Assembly: GCA_963695545.1 (NCBI GenBank)
Contig: OY968796.1
Location: forward strand, 416,001 to 480,000
Reading direction: 5' to 3'
Length of the DNA stretch: 64,000 bases
Origin: Terriglobia bacterium
GTDB taxonomy: Bacteria > Acidobacteriota > Terriglobia > Acidiferrales > UBA7541
Shown here: piece after piece, positions 19,954-30,445 of the stretch
How positions within the stretch are numbered: the first letter of the stretch is position 1
Layout of the letters: each line of letters starts with the position of its first letter
Program-made: the position numbers and the translations under genes
The notes under the pieces: generated by a model
Told to the model about the DNA's origin: nothing
Databases searched by the model: none
What the model saw: only the letters and a program-made list of their open reading frames with translations

Positions 19954-19998
19954 GCCGGCAATTCTGCTTTTGGGATTCTACCGGATTTCGTCGCGCCC

Positions 19999-22900
19999 TC
20001 AGTTACCGAGCGCGGATTGCGAGACCTGCGGCACGGCCGCGGCCACGGACACAACTTTCGGATGCGCGGCCATCCCGGCAAGAATCGGCTCCCAAGTGCG
20101 CTCGATCGAACACGGCAATTGCTTCGGCTGCACGCGCCAGAATGGCAGCGCCGCGCCGCGCAAGATTTGTGCGGCGCACGGGCTGCGCGTGAGCCGAACG
20201 TGTTCGGCGAGCACCGCGCGCAGATTTTCTTCTTCCACCGCTTCGAGCGGAACCAGTGTGACGAACTCGCGATTCAGTTTGTTCTGCGCGTGCGCCGGCA
20301 TCAGATAGGCCAAGCCGCCGGTCATGCCGGAGCCGAAATTCAAGCCGACCGAACCCAGGATCACCGCCACGCCGGAAGTCATGTACTCGCAGCCGTGCTG
20401 GCCCACGCCTTCAATCACCGCCAGCGCGCCGCTATTGCGCACAGCAAAGCGTTCGCCGCCGCGCCCGGCGACGAACAAACGCCCCGCGGTCGCGCCATAC
20501 AAACACGTGTTGCCCACCAGCACGTCGCCGCGCCGCGCCGCCTGCAAGCCCGAGTTCACGGCGATCACGCCGCCGCACAGCCCCTTGCCGACGTAGTCGT
20601 TCGCTTCGCCGGTCAATCGCAGCGTCACGCCCGGCACCAGCCACGCGCCGAAGCTCTGCCCGGCCGCGCCGCGGAATTCGTATTCCAGCGGAGTCGCATT
20701 CGTGTCCACGTCCAAATTGCCGCGCTCGAGTTCGCCGCTCAAGTGCGCGCCCACGCTGCGATCGGAATTCGAGATCGTCTGCGTTTCTCCGGTGGGCACC
20801 GCGAGTTTTGCCAGCCGGTGCGCCAGATCGAGGCCGCGCGAAACTTTTGACGGCTTCTGCGCCCCGGCCAATGTTTCCGGCGGCGGCGCGAGCAAAATTT
20901 CAAGCCACGGCGCGTCCTGCTCCGAGCGCGGCCGCAAGCGCCCTTCCGCGCCGACCAATTCGTGCAGTGTGCGCGCACCGAGCCGCGCCAAGTTCGTGCG
21001 CACTTCTTCGGCCAGCGATCGGAAATACGCCACGACCATTTCCGGTTTTCCCGTGAAGCGCGCGCGCAGCGCCTCATCCTGCGTGGCAATCCCCACAGGA
21101 CACGTATTCAAGTGGCATTGCCGCGCCATGATGCAACCCATCGCCAGCAGCGACGAAGTGCCGAAGCCGTATTCGTCCGCGCCCAGCACCGTCGCCACCA
21201 GAATGTCGCGCGCGAATTTAAACCCGCCGTCGGTGCGCAGCGTGACGCGCGATCGCAGCCCCATGCGAATCAGCGTCTCGTGCGTATCGTGCAGTCCGAT
21301 CTCCCACGGCAGCCCCGTGTTCTTGATCGAAGTCAGCGGCGAAGAACCCGTGCCACCAGCGTGACCGCTGATCGTGATCACGTCAGCGCCGGCCTTGGCC
21401 ACGCCCGCCGCGATCACGCCCACGCCCGCGCCCGAAACCAGCTTCACGCCAACGCGCGCGCGCGGATTCACGGCTTTCAAATCGTGGATCAACTGCGCCA
21501 AATCTTCGATGCTGTAAATATCGTGATGCGGCGGCGGCGAAATCAGCGGCATGCCGGGCACCGCGTGGCGAATGCGCGCGATGTATTCGCTCACTTTTTT
21601 CGCCGGCAGCTGTCCGCCCTCGCCGGGCTTCGAGCCCTGCGCCATTTTGATTTCAATTTCTTCAGCGTGGACCAAATATTCCGTGGTCACGCCGAAGCGC
21701 CCCGACGCGACCTGCTTGATCTTGTTGGCGGCCTCCGGTTCGTTACGATAGAGCAGATTGTCTTCGCCGCCCTCACCGGTATTGCTGCGCCCGCCGATGG
21801 CATTCATGGCGATCGCCAGCGTCTTGTGCGCTTCCGGGCTCAGCGCGCCGAGCGACATGGCCTGCGTGCTGAAGCGCGCGAGGATAGCCTCTTGCGGCTC
21901 GACTTCCTCGATCGGAATCGGCTCCGTGGGAACCAGTTCGAGCATGTCGCGCACGGCCACGGGACTCTGCGCCGCGAGCGCCTCGAAGAACGCGTAGCTC
22001 TCATCAGTCGGCTTGCGCACGTGCGCGTGCATGCGGCGCACAACATCGGGCGAAGTGCCGTGCAGCTCGCCGCCCTTGCGGAAGCGATATAAGCCGGAGT
22101 CCGATAGATCGTCGTGCTCGCCCGAATACGCCGCCGCGTGCATCCACAAATATTCGCCCAGCAGGCCGTCGAGTGTTTTTTGGCCCAGATAATCGGCCAC
22201 GTCCTCGAAATATTCCGAGCAAATTTCCGCGCCAAGCCCGACGACCTCAAACAGCCGCCCGTTGCGATAGCTCGCCAGCGTTGAAACTCCCATGCGCGCC
22301 AAAACTTTTCGCATCCCGGCGTCCACCGCCGTGCGCACCTTTTCCGCGCCGCCCGGCGCATCGCTTTCCGCGAAATGCAGCGCGAGATACGGATGCACCG
22401 AACTCGCGCCGATCGCCAGCAGCATGGCGATATGGTGCGTATCGAACGCTTGCCCGGTCTCAACCACCAGCGGCACGTCGCACAGTCCTTCGCGCACCAT
22501 CGACTTCCACGCCGCGGAAGCCGCCAGCAGCGCCGGCAGCGCCGCGCGATCTTCGCCGACGCGCTTGTCCGTGAGCAAAATCATGTCCGGCCGCCCGCTC
22601 ACCACCAGCGGCTCGGCCGCGATTTGCGCCAGAGCGTCCCTGGCTCCCGAAATTCCCTCGGCTGCCGGGAATGTGAAATCGATGCGCTGCACTTTCCCGA
22701 GAATGCTGGTGAGCTCTTCGAGCTGTTCCGGCCCGATCACCGGAGAGCGCAGCACCGCATCGCCCAGCCGAATCTCGAGCGACATCACCTGCGTTTCGCG
22801 CAGCGGATCGATCGCCGGATTGGTGACCTGCGCGAATCGCTGCTTGCAGTAATCCCAAAGCGTGCGATGCAGTCCGGAAAGAAACGCCGGCGGCGCGTCG

Positions 22901-24330
22901 TCGCCCATGCTCCAATCGGCTTCTTTGCCCTTGGTCAGCGAACCGAACAGCATCCGGAATTGATCTTCGGTCCAGCCGAATGCCGCTGCCGCGCGCTTCG
23001 GCTCCGCCGGCGGATCGGCCGCGCGAGAAATCGCCGGAGCCACGTGCCGCGCCTTCGCCGGCTTGGTCTTCGATGAACGCCGCGCCACGCGCTCCACCAC
23101 TTGGCGCCAATTCGCGAACAGTCCCGTCGATGGATTCACGATCACCATCTCGCCGGGCCCCAGGCGCTGCCGCTCCGCGATGCGCGATTCGTCCAAATCC
23201 ACCAGGCCGGTTTCCGAGCCGACCACCACCAACCCATCGCGCGTGCGCGTGTAGCGCAGCGGCCGCAGACCATTGCGATCGAGCTTCGCGCCCACAAAGC
23301 TTCCGTCCGTGAAAATCAGCGCCGCCGGCCCGTCCCACGGTTCGCCCTGCAGGTAAAGCGCTTCCAGCCCGCGCTTCGCGGCTTCCGAAAGCGTCGGATC
23401 CTTTTCAAATACCGGCGGCACCATCACCAGCATGGTGTCTTCCGCCGATTGGCCTTGGCGAATGCGCAACTCGAAGCCGTTATCGAAACTCGCCGAATCG
23501 CTCACGTTGTCTTCAAGCAGCCCGAACCAATCGCCGACGCCCAGGCGTTCTCGAATCTGCGTGCCATGCGCGCGCAGCCAGCGGCGATTGGAAACGATCG
23601 TGTTGATTTCGCCGTTGTGCGCGCTGTATCGAAACGGCTGCGCCAGCTGCCAGGAAGGTTTCGTGTTCGTCGAATAACGCTGATGGAAAATCGAAAAATT
23701 AATCTCGAATGACTCGTCGCGCAGGTCGGCGTAAAACTTCGGCAATTGCCACGGCGTCAGCAGCCCCTTGTACACCACCATCCGCGAGGAAACCGAACAG
23801 AAGTACGTGCCCTTCGGCGAGAGCAGCTCCGCGCGCTTCCGCAGTGACGTCAGCTTGTTTTCAAATCGCGCCGCTCCGCGCGATGCCCGCGAAGGAGCCA
23901 CGAAAAATTGCCAGATGCGCGGCATCGTCGCCAACGCGCGCGGCCCCAGCGTCGATGGATCGGTCGGAACGCGCCGCCATCCCAATACGCGAATCTGCTC
24001 GGCGCGCGCCGCCACTTCCACCGCCGCGCGCACGCCTTGCTCGGACGCCGCCGGCACAAACACCATGCCCAGGCCGAATAAATCCGGAAGCCGAATGCCC
24101 TCGCGCTCGGCGCTCTTACGTATAAATTCTTCAGGAAGCGAAGTCAGCAGACCCGCGCCGTCGCCGCTCGCGCCGTCCGCATCCACTCCGCCGCGATGCG
24201 TCAGCCGTTCAAGCGCAGTGAGAGACATGCGCACAAGGTCGTAGCTCGGCGAGCCACGCAGTTGCGCAAGCAGCCCAGTCCCACAGGCATCATGGTCTGG
24301 GTGACCCCAATTCGGCTGCGGACACATCAT
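19999..24330 (-). CDS. gltB: Glutamate synthase large subunit
   Basis: DACG catalytic Cys, HQRYSTNT, AHNGEINT, KMAQGSKPGEGG, CIMARQCHLNTC 3Fe-4S motif, GXGXG domain. Confidence 0.96.
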   Translation of the reverse strand: MMCPQPNWGHPDHDACGTGLLAQLRGSPSYDLVRMSLTALERLTHRGGVDADGASGDGAGLLTSLPEEFIRKSAEREGIRLPDLFGLGMVFVPAASEQGVRAAVEVAARAEQIRVLGWRRVPTDPSTLGPRALATMPRIWQFFVAPSRASRGAARFENKLTSLRKRAELLSPKGTYFCSVSSRMVVYKGLLTPWQLPKFYADLRDESFEINFSIFHQRYSTNTKPSWQLAQPFRYSAHNGEINTIVSNRRWLRAHGTQIRERLGVGDWFGLLEDNVSDSASFDNGFELRIRQGQSAEDTMLVMVPPVFEKDPTLSEAAKRGLEALYLQGEPWDGPAALIFTDGSFVGAKLDRNGLRPLRYTRTRDGLVVVGSETGLVDLDESRIAERQRLGPGEMVIVNPSTGLFANWRQVVERVARRSSKTKPAKARHVAPAISRAADPPAEPKRAAAAFGWTEDQFRMLFGSLTKGKEADWSMGDDAPPAFLSGLHRTLWDYCKQRFAQVTNPAIDPLRETQVMSLEIRLGDAVLRSPVIGPEQLEELTSILGKVQRIDFTFPAAEGISGARDALAQIAAEPLVVSGRPDMILLTDKRVGEDRAALPALLAASAAWKSMVREGLCDVPLVVETGQAFDTHHIAMLLAIGASSVHPYLALHFAESDAPGGAEKVRTAVDAGMRKVLARMGVSTLASYRNGRLFEVVGLGAEICSEYFEDVADYLGQKTLDGLLGEYLWMHAAAYSGEHDDLSDSGLYRFRKGGELHGTSPDVVRRMHAHVRKPTDESYAFFEALAAQSPVAVRDMLELVPTEPIPIEEVEPQEAILARFSTQAMSLGALSPEAHKTLAIAMNAIGGRSNTGEGGEDNLLYRNEPEAANKIKQVASGRFGVTTEYLVHAEEIEIKMAQGSKPGEGGQLPAKKVSEYIARIRHAVPGMPLISPPPHHDIYSIEDLAQLIHDLKAVNPRARVGVKLVSGAGVGVIAAGVAKAGADVITISGHAGGTGSSPLTSIKNTGLPWEIGLHDTHETLIRMGLRSRVTLRTDGGFKFARDILVATVLGADEYGFGTSSLLAMGCIMARQCHLNTCPVGIATQDEALRARFTGKPEMVVAYFRSLAEEVRTNLARLGARTLHELVGAEGRLRPRSEQDAPWLEILLAPPPETLAGAQKPSKVSRGLDLAHRLAKLAVPTGETQTISNSDRSVGAHLSGELERGNLDVDTNATPLEYEFRGAAGQSFGAWLVPGVTLRLTGEANDYVGKGLCGGVIAVNSGLQAARRGDVLVGNTCLYGATAGRLFVAGRGGERFAVRNSGALAVIEGVGQHGCEYMTSGVAVILGSVGLNFGSGMTGGLAYLMPAHAQNKLNREFVTLVPLEAVEEENLRAVLAEHVRLTRSPCAAQILRGAALPFWRVQPKQLPCSIERTWEPILAGMAAHPKVVSVAAAVPQVSQSALGN

Positions 24331-24423
24331 AATCTTAGTACCCCGGAAGCCCCTCAAAAGTACAATCTAGAATTTCGATTTGAAGGATTCGTTTTTCTCG
24401 ATCCAAAATCGACGCTGCTTAAC

Positions 24424-24439
24424 TATTGTGGTTACAATA
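24424..24439. promoter_or_regulatory. Palindrome in the gltB/porin divergent intergenic region, candidate TF site
   Basis: TATTGT-ggtt-ACAATA in an AT-rich tract. Confidence 0.45.
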
Positions 24440-24608
24440 ACATAACGGCAATTTGGGACGCCAAAAACGCGCGCCCGGAAACACGTCCACCTCGGGGGCG
24501 CCTCGCGGATGGATCAAACCGCTCAAGAAAAATTCACACAAAGACGCTAGAATGACGAGGAACAATTGTGAATTATATCTCGCCGTCACGCGGCCAGACA
24601 ACACCAAA

Positions 24609-26039
24609 ATGCCCGCTCGATTCTCAATTTCGTCCGCCTCGCTGCACGTTTGTGCGGCGCTCTCCGCGATTTTTCTCGCCGCGCAACCGCCCGCAGCTTC
24701 GGCCCAATCACCCGCGGTTCCTGTAGCCGCGCCTGACGCATCATCCAACGCAGGACCCGTGACGCTTTTCCCGCACTCGGACTCGCATCGCTGGTGGATT
24801 TCTGGCCAAGGCAACGTCGTGTTCCAGTGGCATCCCGCGTTCCCCGCGAAATACAGCGGACCCAATAGCCTCACGCCCGAAGCCCAGAGCGCCACCACCC
24901 ACGTTCTCTCGCTCTATCTCGGCTTCGAAGTCTCGCACAACACCGAAGTGCTCGCCGACGTCGAGGACGCCACCGGCGGCGGCATCGGCACCTCGGTCGG
25001 CCTCGCCGGCATCACCGACCTCGACTCCGTTCGTACCGTGCAGGGCGTGCAGCTCTCGCGAGCCCCTTACCTCGCGCGGCTGATGCTCCGGCAGATCATT
25101 CCGCTCTCGAAGCAGCGCGTCTCCGCCGACCGCGATTTCCTCGACCTCGCCACTTCCCTGCCCGTGCGACGCCTGGAATTTCGCGTCGGGAAATTCGATT
25201 TGGCCGATTTCCTCGACAACAATTCCGGCGGCACCGATAGCCATCTGCAATTTCTGAATTGGACCGTGGACGACGACGGCGCCTGGGACTACGCCGCCAA
25301 CACGCGCGGCTATACCGATGGCGCCATGATCGAATACGACGATCACCTCTGGTCCGTCCGCTTCGCCGAAGCGCTCATGCCCAAGGTCGCCAACGGCATA
25401 CATCTCGACGCCGATCTCGCGCGCTCGCGTTCGGAAAATCTCGAGCTCGAATACGGCAGCGGATTCCTGCATCACCGCGAAGGCGCCATCCGCGTCCTAG
25501 CCTACGTGAACACCGCGGACATGGGAAATTATCGCGAGGCCATCGAAGAGTACGACGCCCACGAAGTGACCGTTCCAAGCATCATCGCCACGCGCCGCGA
25601 AGGCCGCAATAAATATGGCTTCGAGCTAAATCTCGAACAGGATCTCACCGCGCACTTCGGCGTCTTCAGCCGCCTCGGCTGGAGCGACGGCCGCAACGAA
25701 TCTTTCGCCTACACCGAAGACGACCGCACCGGCGAGTTCGGCGATTATTTTCGCGGCAGTTGGTGGCGCCGCGCAAACGATCGCGCCGGCACCGTCTTCG
25801 TAATCAATGGAATCTCAGGCGATCATCGCGTCTACCTCGCCGATGGCGGCCTCGGTTTCCTCCTCGGCGATGGCGCCCTCACCTACGGCCAGGAAAAAAT
25901 CTTTGAGGGGTACTACACCGTGCACATGTGGCGCGGCCTGTTCGCCGCCTTCGACGCGCAGCACATCAACAATCCCGGCTACAACATGGCCCGCGGCCCT
26001 GTAGTAGTCCCCGGCCTCCGCCTCCACGCCGATTTTTGA
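24609..26039 (+). CDS. OprB-family carbohydrate/metal porin
   Basis: Signal peptide, FLNW...GAWDYAANTRGYT, NPGYN..RGPV, C-terminal Phe. Confidence 0.85.
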   Translation: MPARFSISSASLHVCAALSAIFLAAQPPAASAQSPAVPVAAPDASSNAGPVTLFPHSDSHRWWISGQGNVVFQWHPAFPAKYSGPNSLTPEAQSATTHVLSLYLGFEVSHNTEVLADVEDATGGGIGTSVGLAGITDLDSVRTVQGVQLSRAPYLARLMLRQIIPLSKQRVSADRDFLDLATSLPVRRLEFRVGKFDLADFLDNNSGGTDSHLQFLNWTVDDDGAWDYAANTRGYTDGAMIEYDDHLWSVRFAEALMPKVANGIHLDADLARSRSENLELEYGSGFLHHREGAIRVLAYVNTADMGNYREAIEEYDAHEVTVPSIIATRREGRNKYGFELNLEQDLTAHFGVFSRLGWSDGRNESFAYTEDDRTGEFGDYFRGSWWRRANDRAGTVFVINGISGDHRVYLADGGLGFLLGDGALTYGQEKIFEGYYTVHMWRGLFAAFDAQHINNPGYNMARGPVVVPGLRLHADF

Positions 26040-26081
26040 AAAGTGCTTTCCTGATTTTTCACCGCGAGGATACGCTGGTGC

Positions 26082-26158
26082 TGGCGGGGCTGGCCGGAGT
26101 TGAACCGGCGACCTAGAGTTTAGGAAACTCTCGCTCTATCCATCTGAGCTACAGCCCC
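26082..26158 (-). tRNA. tRNA-Arg(CCT)
   Basis: Reverse complement GGGGCTGTAGCTCAGATGGATAGAGCGAGAGTTTCCTAAACTCTAGGTCGCCGGTTCAACTCCGGCCAGCCCCGCCA; cloverleaf, anticodon CCT, encoded CCA. Confidence 0.96.
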
Positions 26159-26207
26159 GAGGTCTTTCATTCTACCCGAAATTCTTCTGCGTTTTCCGCA
26201 CCGCGCG

Positions 26208-27518
26208 TCACGCGGCGTTCGCAGCGAGCGACAGCGATTCCTCGATGATGTCGTAAACGAAATTCAGCTCCGCATACGAAATCGCATAAGGCGGGAGAAC
26301 GTACACCACATTGCCCAGCGGCCGCAGCAACACTCCGCGGCGCAAATAAAATTCGTACAGCTTCGGCCGCAGCGCAGAAAGATATCCGGGATCAGCCACG
26401 GCAAGCTCAATCGCGCCGACCGATCCGATGTGCCGCACGTCTCCGACTTCAGGCCGCTCGCGGAGCCGCGCCAGTCGGTCGATGTGCACGCGCTCGATCG
26501 CCGCGATGCGCTCGAACACCGGCTCGGACGCAAAAATATCGAGATTCGCATTGGCCGCGGCGCAGGCGATCGGATTGCCCGTGTAAGAATGACCGTGGAA
26601 AAAAGCGCGCTCGCGCGGCCCGCCGCGAAAGGCCTGCGCGATCCGATCCGTCACGATCGTGGCCGCAAGCGCCAGGAAACCGCCGGTAATGCCCTTCGAG
26701 ACGCACATCAAGTCCGGCGAAACGCCCGCGCGCTCGCACGCGAACATTTTCCCCGTGCGCCCAAAGCCTGTCAGCACCTCATCGGCAATAAGCAGCACGT
26801 CGTGGCGCGCGGCGAGATCGCGCACGCCGGCCAGAAATTCCTCGGGATGCACGATCATTCCGCCCGCCGCCTGCAGCAGCGGCTCCACAATGATCGCGGC
26901 GATCGTGCCGCTCTCTTCTTCCAGCAAATGCCGCAGTTGATCGAGGCACTCGATGTGGCAGGTCGCGCGGATTTTTCCCACGGGGCAGCGGTAGCAATAC
27001 GCGGAATGCGTGCGCAGCACCGGCACGCGCAGCGCATCGAACGCCGCGGTGAAGGGCGAATCGTCGCTCACCGACATCGCGCCGACCGTATCCCCGTGAT
27101 ACGCGTGTTCGAGCGCGACGATGCGATTTTTCTCCGGCCGACCGACGTTGCTCCAATACTGCACCGCCAACTTCAGCGCCACCTCCACCGCCGTCGAGCC
27201 ATCGTCGGAAAAGAAAACGTGCTCCAAACCGGCCGGCACAACCAACCGCAGCCGCGCCACCAGCTCTTCAGCCGGCTCGTGCGTAAATCCCGCGAAGATC
27301 ACGTGCTCCAGCACGCTCGCTTGCCGCGCAATCGCTTCGGCAATCGCCGGATGTCCGTGGCCGTGCAGATTCACCCACCACGACGAAATCGCATCCAGAA
27401 TCTGCCGCCCGTCTTCGGTTTCGATGTAGACGCCCTTCGCGCTGCGCACGTGCAACGGCGGCGGATCGCTGCCCAGTTGCGTGAACGGATGCCAGATTTG
27501 AAGTGGAGAAGTCTTCAT
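26208..27518 (-). CDS. bioA: Adenosylmethionine-8-amino-7-oxononanoate transaminase
   Basis: IWHPFTQ, SSWWVNLHGH, DEVLTGFGRTG, SKGITGG. Confidence 0.96.
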   Translation of the reverse strand: MKTSPLQIWHPFTQLGSDPPPLHVRSAKGVYIETEDGRQILDAISSWWVNLHGHGHPAIAEAIARQASVLEHVIFAGFTHEPAEELVARLRLVVPAGLEHVFFSDDGSTAVEVALKLAVQYWSNVGRPEKNRIVALEHAYHGDTVGAMSVSDDSPFTAAFDALRVPVLRTHSAYCYRCPVGKIRATCHIECLDQLRHLLEEESGTIAAIIVEPLLQAAGGMIVHPEEFLAGVRDLAARHDVLLIADEVLTGFGRTGKMFACERAGVSPDLMCVSKGITGGFLALAATIVTDRIAQAFRGGPRERAFFHGHSYTGNPIACAAANANLDIFASEPVFERIAAIERVHIDRLARLRERPEVGDVRHIGSVGAIELAVADPGYLSALRPKLYEFYLRRGVLLRPLGNVVYVLPPYAISYAELNFVYDIIEESLSLAANAA

Positions 27519-27536
27519 CGCGCGCGCCGCGCGGCC

Positions 27537-28208
27537 CTAGCCCGCCGCCGCGGGCTTGGCGCCGGTGTCGAGAAGCGCCGCGCGATCGAAGTAGCGCTCG
27601 AAGGCGTGCAGAAGCGCGGCGCGGTTCAGCGGCTGCGTCCACGGAATGCGCCCGAGCACGCGCGTCGCGCCATAGTGCTCGATGGCGCGCCGATTTTCAT
27701 CGTGCGCGTCGCCGACGAAAACTACGCCGCGCACTTCAAGATGCGCCGCACGCAGCGCCGCGAGCGTCAGCGATGTGTGATTGATCGTGCCCAGCGTGCT
27801 GCGCGCCGCAACCAGCACAGGCAGACCGACGCGGCGCATCAGATCCACCATCGTCTCGTTCTCATTGATCGGCACGAGCACGCCGCCCGCGCCTTCAACG
27901 ATCCACGTGCGCGCAGCATCGGCGGATTCCGCGGGAGGCCATGCCAAAGTATCCAATCGAATCCGCACGCCCGCTTCGCGCGCCGCCAGATGCGGCGAAA
28001 CCGGCGGCTCGAAGCAATACGCTTCGGGCAAGAGGCGCTCGTCGGAAACTTTTGCGAGACGCCGCACCGTTTCGCGATCCGTTCCTTCGATCGAACCCGT
28101 CTGTATCGGCTTCCAGTAAATGGCGTCGAGCGCAGCCACCAGCAGCGCCGAGAGCGCCGTCTTGCCCACCCCGGTATCTGTGCCCGTGATGAAAAAACCT
28201 TTCGTCAA
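27537..28208 (-). CDS. bioD: Dethiobiotin synthase
   Basis: TGTDTGVGKT, WKPIQTG, VEGAGG, LGTINHT. Confidence 0.96.
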   Translation of the reverse strand: MTKGFFITGTDTGVGKTALSALLVAALDAIYWKPIQTGSIEGTDRETVRRLAKVSDERLLPEAYCFEPPVSPHLAAREAGVRIRLDTLAWPPAESADAARTWIVEGAGGVLVPINENETMVDLMRRVGLPVLVAARSTLGTINHTSLTLAALRAAHLEVRGVVFVGDAHDENRRAIEHYGATRVLGRIPWTQPLNRAALLHAFERYFDRAALLDTGAKPAAAG

Positions 28209-28267
28209 TTTCTCACCTCAATCTTTCGCGCGCCGCGCTCGTTCTCATCGCGCGCGGCGCAGTGTTG

Positions 28268-29443
28268 TCACGACGCCGTGCGCCCGCCCGCCGGCGTCGC
28301 GCTCGCCGCGCGGCTCGATTGCGCCGCGGCCGAAGCGATCTCCGCCGCGAGTTCGCCCAGCACAGCTTCCGTGTGCCGCGCCGTTATCGAAAGTCGCAGC
28401 CGCGCCGTTCCTTGCGGCACCGTCGGCGGACGAATCGCGCGCACGCCGAAGCCCGCCCCGCGCAGCCGCCGCGCCACGCGCACGGCGCGTTCGTTCCCAC
28501 CCAGCATCACCGGCACGATCGGCGAAGGCGAGTCGGCCACATGCAATCCCTCGCGGCGCAATTCCGTGCGCAGAAATTGTGCCAGACCGATCACGCGCGC
28601 CCGCTCCGCATCCGCGCGCGAAGCAATCTCAAATCCCGCGCGCACGTGCGCCGCAAAATATGGAGGCAGCGCCGTGCTGAAAATAAAAGTGCGCGCGCGA
28701 TTCATCAGATAGTTGCACAGCGTCTCGGACCCGCACACAAACGCGCCCGAAGCGGCCAGCGCTTTGCCACACGTGAAAATCGCGGCCAACACGCGCCCCG
28801 GCAATCCGGCCGCCGCCACCAGCCCGCGTCCCTGCGGACCGAACACGCCGACGGCGTGCGCTTCGTCCACGATCAGCTCGGCCTCATATCGCTCCGCAAG
28901 TTGCGCCAATTCCGCAAGCGGCGCGAGATCGCCTTCCATGCTAAAAACGCTTTCGAGCACGATGAATCGCCCGCCCGCTGCCGAAGAATCGCGCAGCGCG
29001 TTCTCAAGAAATTCGAGATCGAGATGCGGAAACACCACGCGCCGCGCTTTCGCAAGCCGCATTCCGTCGATCAAGCTCGCATGGTTCGCGCTGTCGGAGA
29101 AAACCGTGTCATCCGGCCCGAGCAGGCTTGCGAGCAATCCGACGTTGGCGAGATATCCCGAAGTGAAATACAACGCCGCTTCAGTGCCAACAAAGCGCGC
29201 GAAATCGGATTCGAGCGCCATCCAGCGCTCGGAGTTTCCAGAGAGCAGACGCGAACCAGTGGACGCAGCAAGTTCGGAAGAAGCCAGCGCCGCGGCCACA
29301 GCCTGCTTGATGCGCACATCGGAGGCCAATCCGAGATAATCGTTCGAGGAAAAATCCAGGCTGTGCGTCGTCTCAAGCGAGCGAAGCTGCGATTCCCGCT
29401 CGAGTTCGGCCAGTTCGCGGCTCAACCGTTCGGCGATTCGCAC
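28268..29443 (-). CDS. bioF: 8-amino-7-oxononanoate synthase
   Basis: FSSNDYLGL, NHASLIDG, VDEAH, TCGKAL, AIRPPTVP. Confidence 0.95.
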   Translation of the reverse strand: MRIAERLSRELAELERESQLRSLETTHSLDFSSNDYLGLASDVRIKQAVAAALASSELAASTGSRLLSGNSERWMALESDFARFVGTEAALYFTSGYLANVGLLASLLGPDDTVFSDSANHASLIDGMRLAKARRVVFPHLDLEFLENALRDSSAAGGRFIVLESVFSMEGDLAPLAELAQLAERYEAELIVDEAHAVGVFGPQGRGLVAAAGLPGRVLAAIFTCGKALAASGAFVCGSETLCNYLMNRARTFIFSTALPPYFAAHVRAGFEIASRADAERARVIGLAQFLRTELRREGLHVADSPSPIVPVMLGGNERAVRVARRLRGAGFGVRAIRPPTVPQGTARLRLSITARHTEAVLGELAAEIASAAAQSSRAASATPAGGRTAS

Positions 29444-29455
29444 GCGGTGAAGACC

Positions 29456-30445
29456 TCAGGCGCGCGCCAAAGGCTCAAGGCCCAATTGGCGCATCAACTC
29501 GTAATCGTCATCGGGCTCGGGATTGGGCGTGGTCAGCAATTTATCGCCGATGAAAAGTGAATTCGCACCGGCCACGAAGCACAGCGCGACGGCTTCGCGC
29601 GAAAGCGAGCGCCGCCCCGCGCTCAATCGCACCATGGACGCGGGCATCAAAATGCGCGCCGTAGCGATCACGCGCACCAGCGCCAGCGGATCGATCGCTT
29701 CGCGCTCGCCGAGTGGCGTGCCCCCGACGGGCACCAGCACGTTGATCGGCACGCTTTCCGGATGCGGATCGAGCGTCGCAAGCTGCCACAGCAAACCGAG
29801 GCGATCTTCGTCGGATTCGCCCATGCCGAGAATGCCGCCGCAGCACACCGTGATTCCTGCGCGGCGCACGGCGTCGAGCGTGCGCAGCCGGTCGTCGTAT
29901 CGCCGCGTGGTGATGATGCTGCCGTAAAATTCCGGCGACGTGTCGAGATTATGGTTGTACGCAGTCAATCCGGCCGCGGCCAAACGCTCGGCCTGCGAAG
30001 AATCGATCATGCCGAGCGAGCAGCAGACTTCCATGCCGAGCGCCGCAACGTCGCGCACAATCTCGAGCACGCGATCGAAGTCCGGACCGTCCTGCACTTG
30101 CCGCCACGCCGCGCCCATGCAAAATCGCGTCGCGCCTTCTTCGCGGGCCGCGCGCGCAAAATTCAAGACTTCCCCGCGATCCATCAGCGCGCCGCGCTCG
30201 ACGCCGGTCGAATAATGCGCGCTCTGCGGACAATACGCGCAATCTTCCGGACACCCGCCCGTCTTGATCGAAAGCAGACGGCACAATTGCACTTTGTTGG
30301 CTGGATGAAAACGCCGATGCAGTCCCTGCGCCTCGAAAAGCAATTGCGGCAGCGGCTGCGCGTGAACGCGCCGAATCTCATCGCGCGTCCAATCGTGCCG
30401 CAGGGGATTAGAGTCCGCCGCGATCGCTGCACCGTGCTCAGCCAA
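29456..30445 (-). CDS. bioB: Biotin synthase
   Basis: [19 protein letters not shown]; probable TTG start at 30445 after GGGAGG. Confidence 0.96.
   Translation of the reverse strand: MAEHGAAIAADSNPLRHDWTRDEIRRVHAQPLPQLLFEAQGLHRRFHPANKVQLCRLLSIKTGGCPEDCAYCPQSAHYSTGVERGALMDRGEVLNFARAAREEGATRFCMGAAWRQVQDGPDFDRVLEIVRDVAALGMEVCCSLGMIDSSQAERLAAAGLTAYNHNLDTSPEFYGSIITTRRYDDRLRTLDAVRRAGITVCCGGILGMGESDEDRLGLLWQLATLDPHPESVPINVLVPVGGTPLGEREAIDPLALVRVIATARILMPASMVRLSAGRRSLSREAVALCFVAGANSLFIGDKLLTTPNPEPDDDYELMRQLGLEPLARA

Noticed and set aside
26040..26207. tRNA-Arg as an integration site for a genomic island
   Set aside because: No integrase and no duplicate of the tRNA 3' end seen in the window
26430..28712. 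760-aa plus-strand ORF and similar long antisense ORFs (for example 34181..36403, 31863..33296)
   Set aside because: Antisense shadows of well-supported genes in high-GC DNA; no motifs
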